Assembly: GCA_951406725.2 (NCBI GenBank)
Contig: OX597822.1
Coordinates: 57,164,001 to 57,228,000, forward strand
Direction of reading: 5' to 3'
Source of the DNA: Octopus vulgaris
Taxonomy: Eukaryota
DNA: 64,000 bases
Shown: positions 27,519 to 41,379 of the stretch, in pieces
Position numbering within the stretch: position 1 is the stretch's first letter
Layout of the letters: each line of letters opens with the position of its first letter
Translations under genes and position numbers: made by a program
The notes under the pieces: generated by a model
Seen by the model: only the letters and a program-made list of their open reading frames with translations
Database searches by the model: none
Told to the model about the DNA's origin: nothing

Positions 27519-28499
27519 TCATAAATGAGGGTGAAAGCATCGTCGGCGGCTATACCAGAATAAGGAGCTATTTCTAGCACTAGAGTTAACCAATTTAACG
27601 GTAACTCTCTTATATTTACGGATATATATATATTGTGTGTGTATGTGTGTGCTAAATTGCACTTTTATCCATCTGGGTATGTCAATCTACTTGTGCATAA
27701 ATATTAATCTGCTTATGAAGGTGTGAATTTTAAGCTTTTATTCCTCCGGCTGCACCTGTGATTTTCTTGAAGCTTGAGAAAGAGAGAAAGACAGAAGGAG
27801 CGAGTGAAGGGAAAGAGACGCAAATAGAGAAAAACTTTAAAATTATTTGCATGATCTCCTGTATTGCTGTCTCATTCAGAAATGACTACTGCTTCCGAGT
27901 CCTCTGCTTACACTGTCTAAAAAAACTATTCGTATTCCTCACCTTTTGTAAATATATATTTTGCAAGCTTTGCTATTTTAGAGGATATATATATATATAT
28001 ATATCATATCTTAGAGGATATATATTATATTTAGAGCATATATATTATATTTTGGAAGCTTTGCTATTTTAGAGGATATAAATTATATATTATATAATTT
28101 AAAGCTCAACGAAAACTGATTTCGACTTTCATCCGCCCAAAATTAGTTAAATAACTTCAGAGCTATATAGAAGGTTGGTCGGTTGGTTAATTAAAATAAA
28201 ATTATTTTCCTAAAATGTGATACTTGTCTCTGTATTGAACCGAAATAAATTTTGAGTCGTATATAACAGTTATTGAAGAACCAAACCAAACGCGTATGAG
28301 AAATAATTTTCGAATAAAATAAATATGCCTAAAACACAATAGTAAATAATACGTGAATATCTATAGATAAATTGTATTATTTATTCTTTTTTTTGCATTA
28401 TATTGGTTTCAATTTTTGGCACAAGGCCAGTAATTTCAGGGTAAGGGTTAAATTGATTACACCAACCTCAGTGCTCAACTGGTACTTATTTTATCGACG

Positions 28500-30033
28500 G
28501 TTAGGGTATTTTCCATTGAGGAGTTTACCTTTTCAGTTGTCTTCGAAATTATTCATGCAAGCCTTCTTTGCTTTTTGTTTGGTGTTTTTTGATCAATGAT
28601 AGGTTTGTCACTATTTGGATTTCTTTGGTCTTCCTGATTGTTAATTTCTAAATCAGGAGAAGTAATGGTGAATCTATCAGTATTTAGGTATCTTTAGTCA
28701 TTCTTATTGTTAACTTGTAGGCCAAGAGACTTTTTAAATTTCTGACTAAGATTCATGACTGAAGCTTGCTTGGAATCTTCATGCTTCAGAGCAGTTCGTA
28801 GGAGAATATCACTTGTTGTATTAAGGCACGTTTCGAGGCCTATTATTGCTGATTTGAAGGATTGTTCGAGCTATATCAGGCCTCTTCCACCTATTTTGGT
28901 GGGAGATAACTTCTGCCTACATCGGATTTTGGATGGTGCATTTGGTACCTTGTAAAGATTTTACGGATCTTTTCATCCACATTCTGCTTGTCAGTGAGAT
29001 TCCACTTAATGATACCGAAGCTATATGTGGTTAGTGGTATGGCCAAAGAACTGATCACATTAAGTCCTGTTAGTAGCATTTAGTTTTGAGTTTATGGCCA
29101 TTCTTACCCTTTGGTAGCATTCCTTGCGGATTTTCTCTTTCATGTTAGAGTGTTAGATACCATTACCTTCATTGATTCCCAGATATTTGTACACTTAGGA
29201 TTGGTTTAGGTTTCGAATAGCTGTGATAGTATCAAGTTCTATGCTTTCTGCTTTTATGTTGTTTGTTCTGATGTATTTCAGAATTTCATTGACAGTTTTC
29301 GTTTCTTGGTTCAATTTCCATCGATCAAACTTTTAAGGTTGCAAATAATGTCGCTATTGTTCTCCTGTAGTCTTACATCTATTCTGTCGTACATTGCCTT
29401 TTGTTCATCTGTCATTAGTTTTATTGTCTTTTTTAGATCATCTATATGTCTCTCATCAAGTAAACTACCACTGTTCCTTTCCTGTGCTATGAGATTACTC
29501 TTATTAGTAAGAACTGTGTTTTCATCGTGATCTCTGCTGCTATTTCCCAAAACCCGTCTTTTGATAGCTTCGAGCTCTACTTCTGTGAACCAATAATTTT
29601 TTATTATTGCTCTAGCATGATTACATAGTTTCTGTTCCGTGAGTTTTCTCTCCAATGATCATACTTACGTTGTCAGTAACCCCTAATTTGAGCACCATTT
29701 TCATCTAACGTGTTGCTCAGGTAGTAACACTCCATGACCACATCATTGATTTGCTTGCTCCATCTACGCCGTGTTTGATGGTCCTTTTCTGGATATTGAC
29801 AGGCTGGAGCCGGACCAGAATCTCTGAGCCTACCGGGTGTAACACTGTCACCATCATTGGGTTCAGTTTCATTACAACCGTTATTCACAATATTTTGTTT
29901 TTTCATTGTTACTTATATGAGGTAGCGATTATCAGGTTGCGCAATTACCAGTGTTTTTATAGTGACACCATCACTAGTTGTATCATTAATCAGCTCATGA
30001 GGAGGAGGAGGAGGCTCCCCCAGTTTCCTTTCA
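28500..30033 (-). mobile_element. R4/Dong-like LINE retaining its 5' end, internally deleted
   Basis: N-terminal RRRWSKQINDVVMECYYLS..GY and LTEQKLCNHARAIIKNYWFTEVELEAIK. RT-thumb pieces AIPLTTYSFGIIKW..HHPKSDVGRSYLP. Begins directly at (TAA)n. Confidence 0.85.
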
Positions 30034-30035
30034 TA

Positions 30036-30094
<59 letters not shown>

Positions 30095-30376
30095 CATTAT
30101 TATTATTATTATTATTATTATTTTCATTCTTCCTTCAAATTTTCTTCCGTTTCTCGCCGAGTGTTTTCTGTACACCTAGGGCAGAGAAGCTCATTGTATG
30201 CATTCCCAGATTACACACGCAAATTCACAGATAAAATATGTATTAAAAAATTAATAAATAAATAAATTCATGAATGGATGTTGTTGTCACAGTGATAATG
30301 CTCTTCTCAGTACATGAGCCGTTCCAGTTAACACGATTTAAAAAAATTATTATTATTATTATTATTATTATTATCA

Positions 30377-30919
30377 TTGAGTGAGAGAGCAGTTCATGCC
30401 ATCAAAGTGACACTGGGGTAAAATATACGAAGCCCAATATACCCATCATGACTACCCGTCTGATAAGGGTACACTCAATACTCAATACCACAGATTTGCT
30501 TATCAGTTGTTTGACCTTAACCAGTTGTGCATGTCCCTTGGTGGCTGACGATATGTGCATCTCTGATCACGAGCAGAAGTAGTGGGGGAGCATCATAGCC
30601 GTGTGTTGAGAGGGATTCTTTGGGGGTTGAATGATTCATCTCTGGAATAATAGGTGTTTCGTTCAACATCCTTAAACAACCTTTAATCAGGGACCTTTTG
30701 AGTGGGATGGGTTACCCAACCAGAAGAAAATTCTAACTGGGCCCCACCCGCAAGGTCATGTGCTGTTTATCCTGTTAGAGATCCCCATGTCGCGCACATA
30801 TGGTTGTGATGCATGTGGCTGGTGTACCTTTATCAGACGGGTAGTCATGATGGGTATACTGGGCTTCGTATATTTTACCCCAGTGTCACTTTGATGGCAT
30901 GCACTGCTCTCTCACTCAA
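30377..30919 (+). mobile_element. TAA-associated repeat with inverted 3'-end duplication
   Basis: 30377-30474 is the reverse complement of 30822-30919. Flanks are (TTA)n on the left and (AAT)n on the right. Confidence 0.9.
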
Positions 30920-30950
30920 TAATAATAATAATAACAATAATAATAAATAG

Positions 30951-31088
30951 TCAAGACGAATACGGCGATTCGATTGTAATAGATATTTTATTGGTTGAAC
31001 GATAGTTCAACAGTTAGTCTGTGTGAAGTTCAAAATAAGTTCAACCAATAAAATATCTATTACATACGAATCGCGCTCTTCGTCTTGA
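30951..31088. repeat. 50-bp-arm inverted repeat (hairpin/MITE-like)
   Basis: 30951-31000 pairs with 31039-31088, including TGTAATAGATATTTTATTGGTTGAAC/GTTCAACCAATAAAATATCTATTACA. Confidence 0.85.
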
Positions 31089-32576
31089 GTGCTTACCTTT
31101 GTGAAGAGTTACGTCAATCCTTTTTAAAATATAATGAGTTTTTTTTTTCTATTGCGATCTAAAGTACTTAATATTTGTCCTATATTTTTGTTACACCTAA
31201 AAGTAATAATACGTGGATGAGGGAAATATCTTTTTAAAACGGGGATATTTCTTTGTGAACTATGCTGATAACTGTCATGCATTTTCTGTCACAGTTAATA
31301 ACTAAAGGAATACGTTCAGAATTTTTAATTTATCTGCTATAATTAGGTTTGAGACGTTGACAATCATTAATTTTAGCTGTCATTTGCAATTTTTTCAATC
31401 GTTATTCACTATAAGTCGGTAGTGACGCACAAAACCCTTTACGTGTTTCCAATAATCCATAACATATCAAATCTTTATTATTATTAAAATTTGTGACTTT
31501 GGATTTAATTTAATCCTACAAAATGAATGGTCGGAGCAGCAGTGAAGATAAATGTGTGATGACCTGTGTTTGCAAAATAGTTCTGCCAATATGCTGTCTT
31601 CTGAGAACTTAAATTTCGTATCTAAAACGTTCATGCTAGTTTCTGTAAAGCAAAACGAGAATTTTATGTTGAACTCATAATTAGTTTTGAGCGATAGTTT
31701 TTTTTTATTTTTATTTGTTTTGAGATAAATAAAAAATTCAACTAGATTATGCTGCGTTCCTTCTTAAACAAAAAACAGGTGTCATCAATGAACTGTAACT
31801 AGAGTTACTGGTTTATGACAATGCAACAGTTTAAATATCTCAAGTCATTTTAGCAAATGTTCTGTGCTCTGACAGTAATATATTAGATTCAATGCATTTT
31901 CATATTTTTTGTTTGAACCACATGCAAACAAGAGAAACGTGTAAATAGATTGATGTTCTGTACTTTTCTTGCGATAGTTTGAACCTGGCGAAGGCAGACG
32001 AACTGTTGAAATGTTGTTAAATAAATCAAGACAATCTGTGCTTTTATCACATATCGCGCTCTTCGCGAAGAGTGACGTCAATCGTCATAAATAAATATTT
32101 TCTTACTTTCTAATTTTGGCACCAGACCAGCAATTTTAAAGGGAGGGACAAATCGGTTATATTAATCTCAGAACTCAACTAGTAGTTAACTTAATAAACT
32201 CAACCTCGGTGGTATTTGAACGTTGACCGTAAAGAGCCGAAAGAATCGCCTGTATGTATTTTATCCGATGTGCAAACGAAAGCTCGCCGCCTTGATTAAT
32301 AATAATCCTTTCTACTATAGGCACAAGACCTGAAATTTTGAGCGAAATGTATTTGTCGATTATATCGACATCAGTACTCAACTTTATTTATTTTATTGAT
32401 CTCAGACCCTGAATGGATGAAAGACAAAGTCCGCTTCGACAGAGTTTGAAATTGCAATGTGAAACTGGAAGAAATGCTAATAACCATTTTGTCCGTCCTG
32501 CTTGCGATTTTGCCCTGTTTGAGGACATATTTGATAATTTAATGAAACCACTCTAATCCAACAAAAACTGAATGTA

Positions 32577-33044
32577 GAGTAATCCCTCGACTATCGTGGG
32601 TGTTACGTTCCAAAACCGCCTCCACAACAAATGAAAATCAGCAAAGTAGAAACAGTACTTTACTGTATATCTTTTTTATTATTCTTATAATTTGTATATA
32701 TTTTTTTTATAAATTCAAAACAATACTACACACTCGCCTCCCGAGTTTCGTTTTCCATATAATATGAGCAATTTCCTTCGTTTACTCTGCGTATTTTCTT
32801 TTAATATATTTTAGTTAATATATTATCCAGTGCAGTATTGTACTGTATTTTTATTTATTAACTTACTAATTTTTAGGCGTGAAAATGCTTATCTTACCAC
32901 ACAAATAATTAAGATCTCAAAAGAATATAAATACTTATCGGGCGCAGAAACCCGCGATATACTGAAGAGTCCGCGATATGAATTTACATATATTAGCCAG
33001 AACAATCCGCGATGTACTGAGGGCGATATGGCGAGTGATTACGG
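32577..33044. mobile_element. Tigger/pogo-type MITE
   Basis: TA-GAGTAATCCCTCGACTATCG ... CGATATGGCGAGTGATTACGG-TA; imperfect TIRs with TA TSD. Confidence 0.7.
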
Positions 33045-33084
33045 TATTTTAATAAGAATTTCTGCACGTTTTCGATAAGCGATA

Positions 33085-34260
33085 ATCTTTCTGATAAGAT
33101 TATTCTAAGTATCCGCCTTCAGCTTGAATTACTGCTTCAGCTCGTGACCAGAACCGTTGACACGTCAGTACTAAATGGTCTTTATTCATTCCGGACATCA
33201 CTTGGACAACGGTAGCCTTCAATGAAGCTAGGGTAATGTAAAGATGTCGATTAGTCTCTCTTTCAATAGTGCTCCGAACGTAGTAGTCCATGACATTTAA
33301 ATCTAGTGAGCTTGGGGTCACAAATATGTTACTTAATTGTAAAAACTGCCTCGCAATTACGTGGACTTTGTGATAAGGAGCTAGGTTAGAATATATGCAG
33401 AAGGCGGGAGCTGTAACGATTACTATTTGGTGTACGCTCTATTTGGTGAACGTTCCAAAACAATTTGATTTATGATGGTCGCACATCAGGAAATTAATCA
33501 AAAGACTTCCATTGTGTACTTCATCCGGCAAGTACTTAACAACTGTCTCCAGTAACGCAATGTACCCAACTGCATTCATTATAAGACACTGTGGAAAGAT
33601 GTGAGGTAGTATAGCATAACCTGCATTACTCAGCACACTTTAAACCATCGCAGTTGCTGGAAACTAAATATGCACCACTCTGGGAACATTAGTAGTATCT
33701 ACACATGATATCCGTTAGTTTTCCTGGTACACTTTTGATCTTGGTTGAATAGTTTCTAATTATAGAAGAGCATACCATGTTTGTTATGGGTTTTAAACTT
33801 GTTAAGTAACCACATGGCACGGAACAAATAGTTTCCCTGTGTCTTTGCAGGCCTGAATTGGCCTCTCCTCAGTACACACAGGCCATATTGGAAGTCCTCG
33901 TGCACCACAGCATTGATAGTCCACTCCAACTCCACGGGGGATGATTTGCGGTGTCCTTATAGTATCGGAACATTTAGAATGTTTTTTCTCTTTGATACAG
34001 TTGAAACATTCTCAACAAATCCTTCCAAGTCCATCCGAACTTTGTCTACAAAAGACCTTGCAACATTTAGAAAGCTGGAAATTTCTAAATTGCTGTATTC
34101 AGCACACATGACAAATATCACTGCATGTCTCTTCATTTCTTGTGTTAGCATTTTATCTGTCTTAGGGGATCTGAAATAAATAAATAAAACCCTTTTGATT
34201 GGTTTGAAAAGAGTAATGTACTGATAATTAAGTACCTCCAAGTATTTCTTGCACCTTGTA
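33085..34260 (-). mobile_element. Tc1/mariner superfamily (maT/DD37D-like) transposon, decayed
   Basis: N-terminus MKRHAVI..SNLEISSFLNVARSFVDKVR; C-terminus PSSLDLNVMDYYV..SRAEAVIQAEGGYLE; terminus TACAAGGTG. Confidence 0.85.
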
Positions 34261-34789
34261 CTAACATATGAAAACAGTTAACTGCATTGAGCCTTACAGC
34301 TTAGATTTATTAAGAATACATTGACTATTGTAATTCAAGCCAACATGTGCGAATCTGTATTGTCACTCAGCATGCTGGAAATATCTGACAAATATCCTTC
34401 AAATCACACAGGCAAATCCTAGCTTTAGAAAGTAACTAGGCAAGAGAAAAGGCAGTATAGCCACAGTTGAAATTTTTGCTTTTATCCTAAGTTTGCTTGA
34501 TGAGATCTAACCTGGGACTAAACAACAAAAACAATGATGACGACAAACTCAAGCAATTCAACTAAAAGAGATTAAAATTAATTGGAGCTGTGCCTAAATC
34601 ATATAATCGACAGAAGCAAACGGACACGTATCGAAAAGGAAAACACACGAGGCTAATTTAACAGCAGACATGTTAAATCCTATTTACTCATTGGCATGCA
34701 TGGCCTAAGAAAATACTGATGTACCAACGTGCCAGTGAGGTTACTTTTGTGCATGTTAAAAATTCAACTCTTAAATTCAGTTAATATAT

Positions 34790-35025
34790 TTCTTATTTCT
34801 TTATTGCCCACAAGGGGCTAAACATAAAGAGAACAAACAAGGACAGACAAAAGGGTTAGGTCGATTACATCGAACCCAGTGCGTAACTGGTACTTAATTT
34901 AACGACCCCGAAAGGATGAAAGGCAAAGTCGACCTCGGTGGAATTTGAACTCAGAACGTAACGGCAGACGGAATACCGCTAAGCATTTCGCCCGGCGTGC
35001 TAACGTTTCTGCCAGCTCGCTGTCT
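34790..35025 (-). mobile_element. SINE family A
   Basis: Reverse complement of the 1320-1550 unit. Confidence 0.85.
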
Positions 35026-35070
35026 TAAAGCGAATATATTTCTATAGTGCTTAAGCACTAATTCAGCATA

Positions 35071-35450
35071 TCTATTATATAAAATCCGTTCTGTCTGTTT
35101 GTGTGTGTGTGTGTGTGTCTTCTAGGATCTTGCGCTCAAATTTGATATGTAGATACCGACGGTATCAGGGCGTGTATAAGTCTTGAAAAAATTACAAAAA
35201 TCGATTCCAGGTAAGAATGCGATCGATAAAGCCGTGGGAACGTGAATTTGTACGCGCAAGTACATCAGCTGTTGTGATCGATATCTTTATTTCTTCTTTT
35301 GCTGGTGTCTCAAATTTATGTTAAATCAGTGTTTCTCAAAGGGGAGGCCTATGGGACGGTCGGGCATGTTGTTTTGAGAAAATTTGGTTTAAATGTTTGA
35401 CAACTCAGCACCGTCCATTGGACGGGGAGTGTTTTTCTCGCACATATATA
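35071..35450 (+). mobile_element. Non-autonomous Helitron 5' part
   Basis: A|TCTATTATATAAAA followed by CTGT/GT microsatellite and AAATTTG; 3' end not seen. Confidence 0.55.
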
Positions 35451-36176
35451 TACAGTGTCCGTTTATTACGTCCCCGTTATCAAGTGTTTCGGTAAAAGAG
35501 ATGAATAGAATAATAAACAGACTTAGCAGAATTAGTGCTGGGATCGATTTGCTCGACTGACTACTTAAAGGTGATGTTCCAGCATGGCTGCATCCTCATA
35601 ACTATAGAAGTGGCAAGCACATCATTAAAGCACAAATTGCATCAAATCGTAAAATACAAAAAGCGTTAAAAAACACTAAAATATATTTCAAAAACACTCC
35701 TTATCAATAGCAAACCATAGGCTTAACAACCCACAAGCTAGCTAACGATTGCTAATGTAAGTGGAAGTGTGAAAGTTTACATCTCTGTACACAAGTGCAT
35801 CACTTTCAAAATAGCTCCCCATGCACTTACAACAAAAAGCGAGTGTTATGAACTACTCTCAGCACAATACAAAGCATAATTACACATTACACTAAACAAC
35901 ATATATGCAGAATTCTCCCACAAAACCAAAAAAAGAAAAAATGATGGAAGCAATAGTCATAATACAGCACGCTGCTAAATGTAAACACACCAGAAAACAC
36001 GATTCACCCACAAGCTATAAACAGATCGACCACTTGGCTACTTGATTAAATAGGAAAGTGCATGAATGTAGGAAGAGGGCTCCTGGGGATTAGACAGATG
36101 AAAACAGCATTTTAATCTCAGAAACATGCGGGGCGAAAGGTTAACAGACCGAAAGCAAATTATCATCATTATCATG

Positions 36177-36281
<105 letters not shown>

Positions 36282-36537
36282 ATTGTTGTTGTTGTTGTTG
36301 TTGTTGTTGTTAATCATCATCATCATTATTATTATTATCATCATCATTATTATAATAATCATCATCCTTATCATCATAAATATCATCACCACCATCATTA
36401 TTATTTACATCATCATAATCATCATTATTTTTTTCTAATTTAATTATCTTATCATTTCATTTATGCAAACCCCCACACTTTATGTCTGTATTTATATTTT
36501 ACCCCTTCATCCTTCGCCCTGGTGGCAAATAAATGAA

Positions 36538-36596
<59 letters not shown>

Positions 36597-36598
<2 letters not shown>

Positions 36599-37225
36599 GT
36601 TTGACTTTTGCTTTGTATTTCTACAAGTTGACTCCAAGTCACACTTAGAGACAACAAGTTAGAAGTTCAAGTTTGTGTTACGACTAGGGTACCATATATT
36701 TGGTTTTGCACAAATTATTGTTCTAGAAAATGTTTAAGAAAATAAGAAAACTATAAGTTTATTTTAAAATTTGAGATTAAATAGACAGTATTTTACGTAG
36801 GATATGGCCAGTTTCGATGAGCACTATTTTTTTTAATTTCTGCTATTTTTGGATTTCCTGGTATCTGAGCTAGGTAGCAATCAGCCCCTTTCGCTATCAT
36901 TCCTAGGGCACCTATGACAATAGGTATTGTTTTAGTCTTGAGGTTCCACACTTTGCCAATTTCTATTTCAAGATCTTTATACTTGCTCAGTTTTTTTGTA
37001 GGACTTGACATAAACATTCATGTCTATTAGGACAGTAATATCGGTGAGGAGGCATGATTTTTGTCTGAAGTCCTTCAATATAATCTCTAGCCTATTCGCA
37101 TCTATCTTTCTGTCAGTTTTTGAACGGTGAAATCCCAGAGGAGTGAGTTGTGGTCATTTTCTAGTACTGGAAGTGGTTTGTGTTCCGACCAGTTTTTACC
37201 ATGAGGCAGGACCAAGTTTTTGCAA
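36597..37225 (-). mobile_element. R4/Dong-like RLE LINE 3' fragment
   Basis: KLSKYKDLEIEIGKVWNLKTKTIPIVIGALG; (TAA)n on both sides. A second fragment lies at 37415-37655. Confidence 0.88.
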
Positions 37226-37282
<57 letters not shown>

Positions 37283-37335
37283 GTTGTTGTTGTTATTGTT
37301 GTTGTTGTTGTTGTTGTTGTTGTTATTATTATTAC

Positions 37336-37401
<66 letters not shown>

Positions 37402-37701
37402 CATCATCGTCATTTATGGCTTCCTTTCATTATCACGTTATTTCAGCTGCCTTAGTACCGGGCATCCTCCGGAGGCCAAGAGTAGCAAGGGCACTTCCGT
37501 TTTGCTATGCATGCTAAACTTATCACCCCATTTACTCTATTTTAGATGGTGAGTGCTTTCCGTAGTATATGGGCTGTACCCACCAAGATTATCTTTTGTA
37601 GTTCACGGAGATTGGAGTTACCAGGGACTTGCTTGATATACTTCTCAGCTCCCACTATTATTGTTGTTGTTGTTGTTGTTATGTTATTTTTGTTGTTGTT
37701 G

Positions 37702-37732
<31 letters not shown>

Positions 37733-37946
37733 CATCATCATCATCATCATCATTATTATCCTTTTCTTTCAATTTTATTTGCATTTCTTGCCTATACCTT
37801 GGGTAAAGAAACTCAAAGTATACATTTGTAGGCTATCAAAATAAACACATCAGATTATTTCACTTACAAAGTCATGTGATAAAAAAGGAGAAGAAAGAAA
37901 AGGGAAAGAGGAAAAAATAACCAAAGGAAAGAATTACAAAAACGAA

Positions 37947-38007
<61 letters not shown>

Positions 38008-38030
38008 GTTGTTGTTGTTGTTATTATCAT

Positions 38031-38580
38031 TGGGAGAGCAGTGCATGCCATCAAAGTGACACTGTGGTAAAATATGTGAAACCCGGTATACCCATCATGA
38101 CAACCCGTCTGATAAGGGTACACCAGGCAAATACATCACAACTATATGTGCGCGACATGGTGATCTCATATCAAGATAACCAGCGCATGACCTTGCAGAT
38201 GGGGCCCAGTTAGAATTTTCTTCGGGTCGAGTAGCCCATCCCGTTTAATAGGTCCCTGAATAAGGATTGTTTAAGGATGATGAACGAAACACCTATGTTT
38301 CCAGAGGTGATTTATTTAAACCCCAAAGAATTCCTCTCAACACATGGCTATGATCCTCCCCCACTACTTCTCGTGATCAGAGATGCATATATCGTCAGCC
38401 ACTAAGGGACATGGTCAACTGGTTACGGTCAAACGACTAACAAGTAAATCTGTGGCATTGAGCAGAATATCTGCTGTATCCCATCTTTTACACCAAGACA
38501 AAACAATGTACACGATAACACTTGCAATCAGTTAAGATCAGAAACCATGAAAGTCACTGCCTGGTACTGCATCAGGGCAT
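38031..38580 (-). mobile_element. ~550-bp TAA-associated repeat, full-length reference copy
   Basis: ATGCCCTGATGCAGTACCAGGC...GCATGCACTGCTCTCCCA-(AAT/AAC)n. Confidence 0.88.
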
Positions 38581-39357
38581 CCTTGTCTTTTTTCTTTGTA
38601 TTTGCACAAATTGATTCCAAGTCTCACCTAGAGACCTCAAGTGACAAGTTAGAAGTTCAAGTTGGTGTTATGGCTAGGGTGACATAGTTTTATTTTATAC
38701 AGAGTATTGTTCTAGAGAATGTCTGTCAAAACACTAAAAAAATTAAAAGTTTCCTTTATAAGGAATTTGATTATAAGGCGATAGTGTCATGTTAAGATGA
38801 CAGTAAAAGTTGTTGTTTCTTATTATTTACATTTAAAAGCACTTTTGACACTGTGTACAGATTTAAATGGCTGGGGATTATACAGATAGTATTGTATGAA
38901 GGATGATGAGTTCTCATGAGCATTATTTTTTTGAATTTCTGCCGTTTGTGGATTTTCTAATATCTGAGAAAGATAGCAATCAGCCCCTCCGCTTATCATT
39001 CCTTCGGCTCCTATGACAACATGTATTGCTTTAGTCCTGAGGTTCCACATTTTACCAATTTCTATTTCAAGATCTTTATACTTGCTCAGTTTTTGGTAGG
39101 TCTTGACAGATACATTTATGTTGATTGGGACAGTAATATCGATGAGGAGGCATGATTCTTGTCTGACGACCTTCAATGTAATGTCTGGCCTATTAGCATC
39201 TATCTTTCTGTCAGTTTGAACAGTAAAGCTCCAAAGGAAAAAAATGTGATTATTTTCAAGCACTGGAGGTGGTTTGTGTTCCGACCAGTTTGCAGATTAC
39301 CCAGTGAATATTCTGTGCTGCTCTGTCATGCCTGTTGAGATACTCTGTGGGCACAAG
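38581..39357 (-). mobile_element. R4/Dong-like RLE LINE 3' fragment (paralog of 24757-25560)
   Basis: ORF 38823-39263: QTDRKIDANRPDITL..LIDITVP..KYKDLEIEI. Confidence 0.88.
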
Positions 39358-39699
39358 CTATCAAGCCCTTAGCACGGCGAACAAATTGCTTAGCGTCATT
39401 TCACCGTCTTCGTGTTCTGTGTTCAAATGTCTGCAAACTCGACTTTGTCTTCCATCCTTGCGGGAGTTGATGAAAAAGTGTACGAACTGAGCGCTGGTAT
39501 CGAGACAATCAACTTACCCACTTTCTTCAAAATTTCAGGCTTTGTACCTATATTAGAATGAAATATCGTAACTAAATTTTGAAGTTCATTGAAATTAGCT
39601 ACTCTGAGACTATGAGATCATAGCACGTTTCATCCATGAGTTCTTCCTATCAGCTTTGTGCAAAAAACACCATTTTGAGCGCGCTCTCATGTGTGTGTT

Positions 39700-39762
<63 letters not shown>

Positions 39763-39959
39763 CTGTGTGTGCATGCGTGCGTGCATGCATGCGTGTGTGT
39801 GTGTGTATGTACATGTGTGCGTATTTTGACAAATACGTTTCGTGATATGGTTAAATTTAACATTAAAATTGAACGCAAGATAATTTTTGATATACCGCAT
39901 AAAATCTATATGAAACAAATGGAGACAAAAAATATTATCGACAAAAAATAACATTCACC

Positions 39960-40003
<44 letters not shown>

Positions 40004-40342
40004 TTCTCTCGCTCGCTCTCTCTCTCTACCTACCTATCTATCTATCTCTATCTATCTGTCTCTTTATCTATCTAGCTATCTCTATCTCTTTGTCTTTATC
40101 CCATAGTCATTGATGACCGAAGGGGTCCTTCATATATATGTATACATGCGTGTGTGTGTGTATGTATGTATGTATGTATGTATGTATGTATGTATGTATG
40201 TATGCATGCATGTATGTATGTATGTATGTATGTATGTATGTATGTATGTATGTATGTATGTATGTATGTATATATGTATGTATGTGTATACAGAAAATAG
40301 ATTTGGTATTTTAAACTTTATAAAACACTAGCAGAGATACCC

Positions 40343-40800
40343 GATTTGTATTTTGCCTTATGGGGTGTTTTTCAAGATATTTTGGTTGGCGTCTACTATT
40401 CCGTAAGGTGTTTTTTTCAATCAGATTTTTCATTTTGGGTCTTTGTAGGAGTATAGATAAGTTCGATTTTATGGCGTGAAAGATGCTGGTTATTCCAGGA
40501 TTGTGTGTGTTAACGAACGGAATCGTGTTTTCATTAACATTTTCCTTAGGTATCCGTAGTTGGGTGATTCTCGGTTTCATCGCTTTTTAATTCTCTTATT
40601 AATTAATCCTGAGGGACATTTCTGCATTGTGAGGAAGCCTTTGAGTTATAGTCAGTCACTATAACACAAAAGCGTATTGACATGTTGTATGCGATGCTTC
40701 TTTTGATGTATGATGGATGGCAAGAGTAGAAATTTAGATATTGCTGTATGTCAGTTTTTCTGTAAAATATGTCTGCTGTGACTGTGGAGTTTTGTATTTT
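40343..40800 (-). mobile_element. Penelope-like fragment
   Basis: IPFVNTHNPG..SRRQPKYL; upstream [17 protein letters not shown]. Confidence 0.75.
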
Positions 40801-40967
40801 TTATGTGGATATCCATATACATATACATCTATATATACATATATATATACATACATATATATTTACACATATATATATACACTTATATACATGCATACAT
40901 ATATTCATACATATAATATACATACATATATATACATATATAAACATGCATATATACATGTATATAT

Positions 40968-41012
<45 letters not shown>

Positions 41013-41115
41013 TGTATGTTATACATATACATCTATACACAAACATCTCTATATATATACGCATATATAAACATATATATGTGCAGATGTATATACATAT
41101 ATATATATATATATG

Positions 41116-41209
<94 letters not shown>

Positions 41210-41379
41210 CATACATATATACATTTATATGTATATATATATGTATGTGTGTGTACATGTATATATGTGAGATAATAGTTTCACAATTAGCAGTGAATCT
41301 ATTAAAACTTAAAGTATTATCTCACATTACAATAGAGATGTTATTGTTTTACTTTTGACGCATAATACTGAAGATAAGA

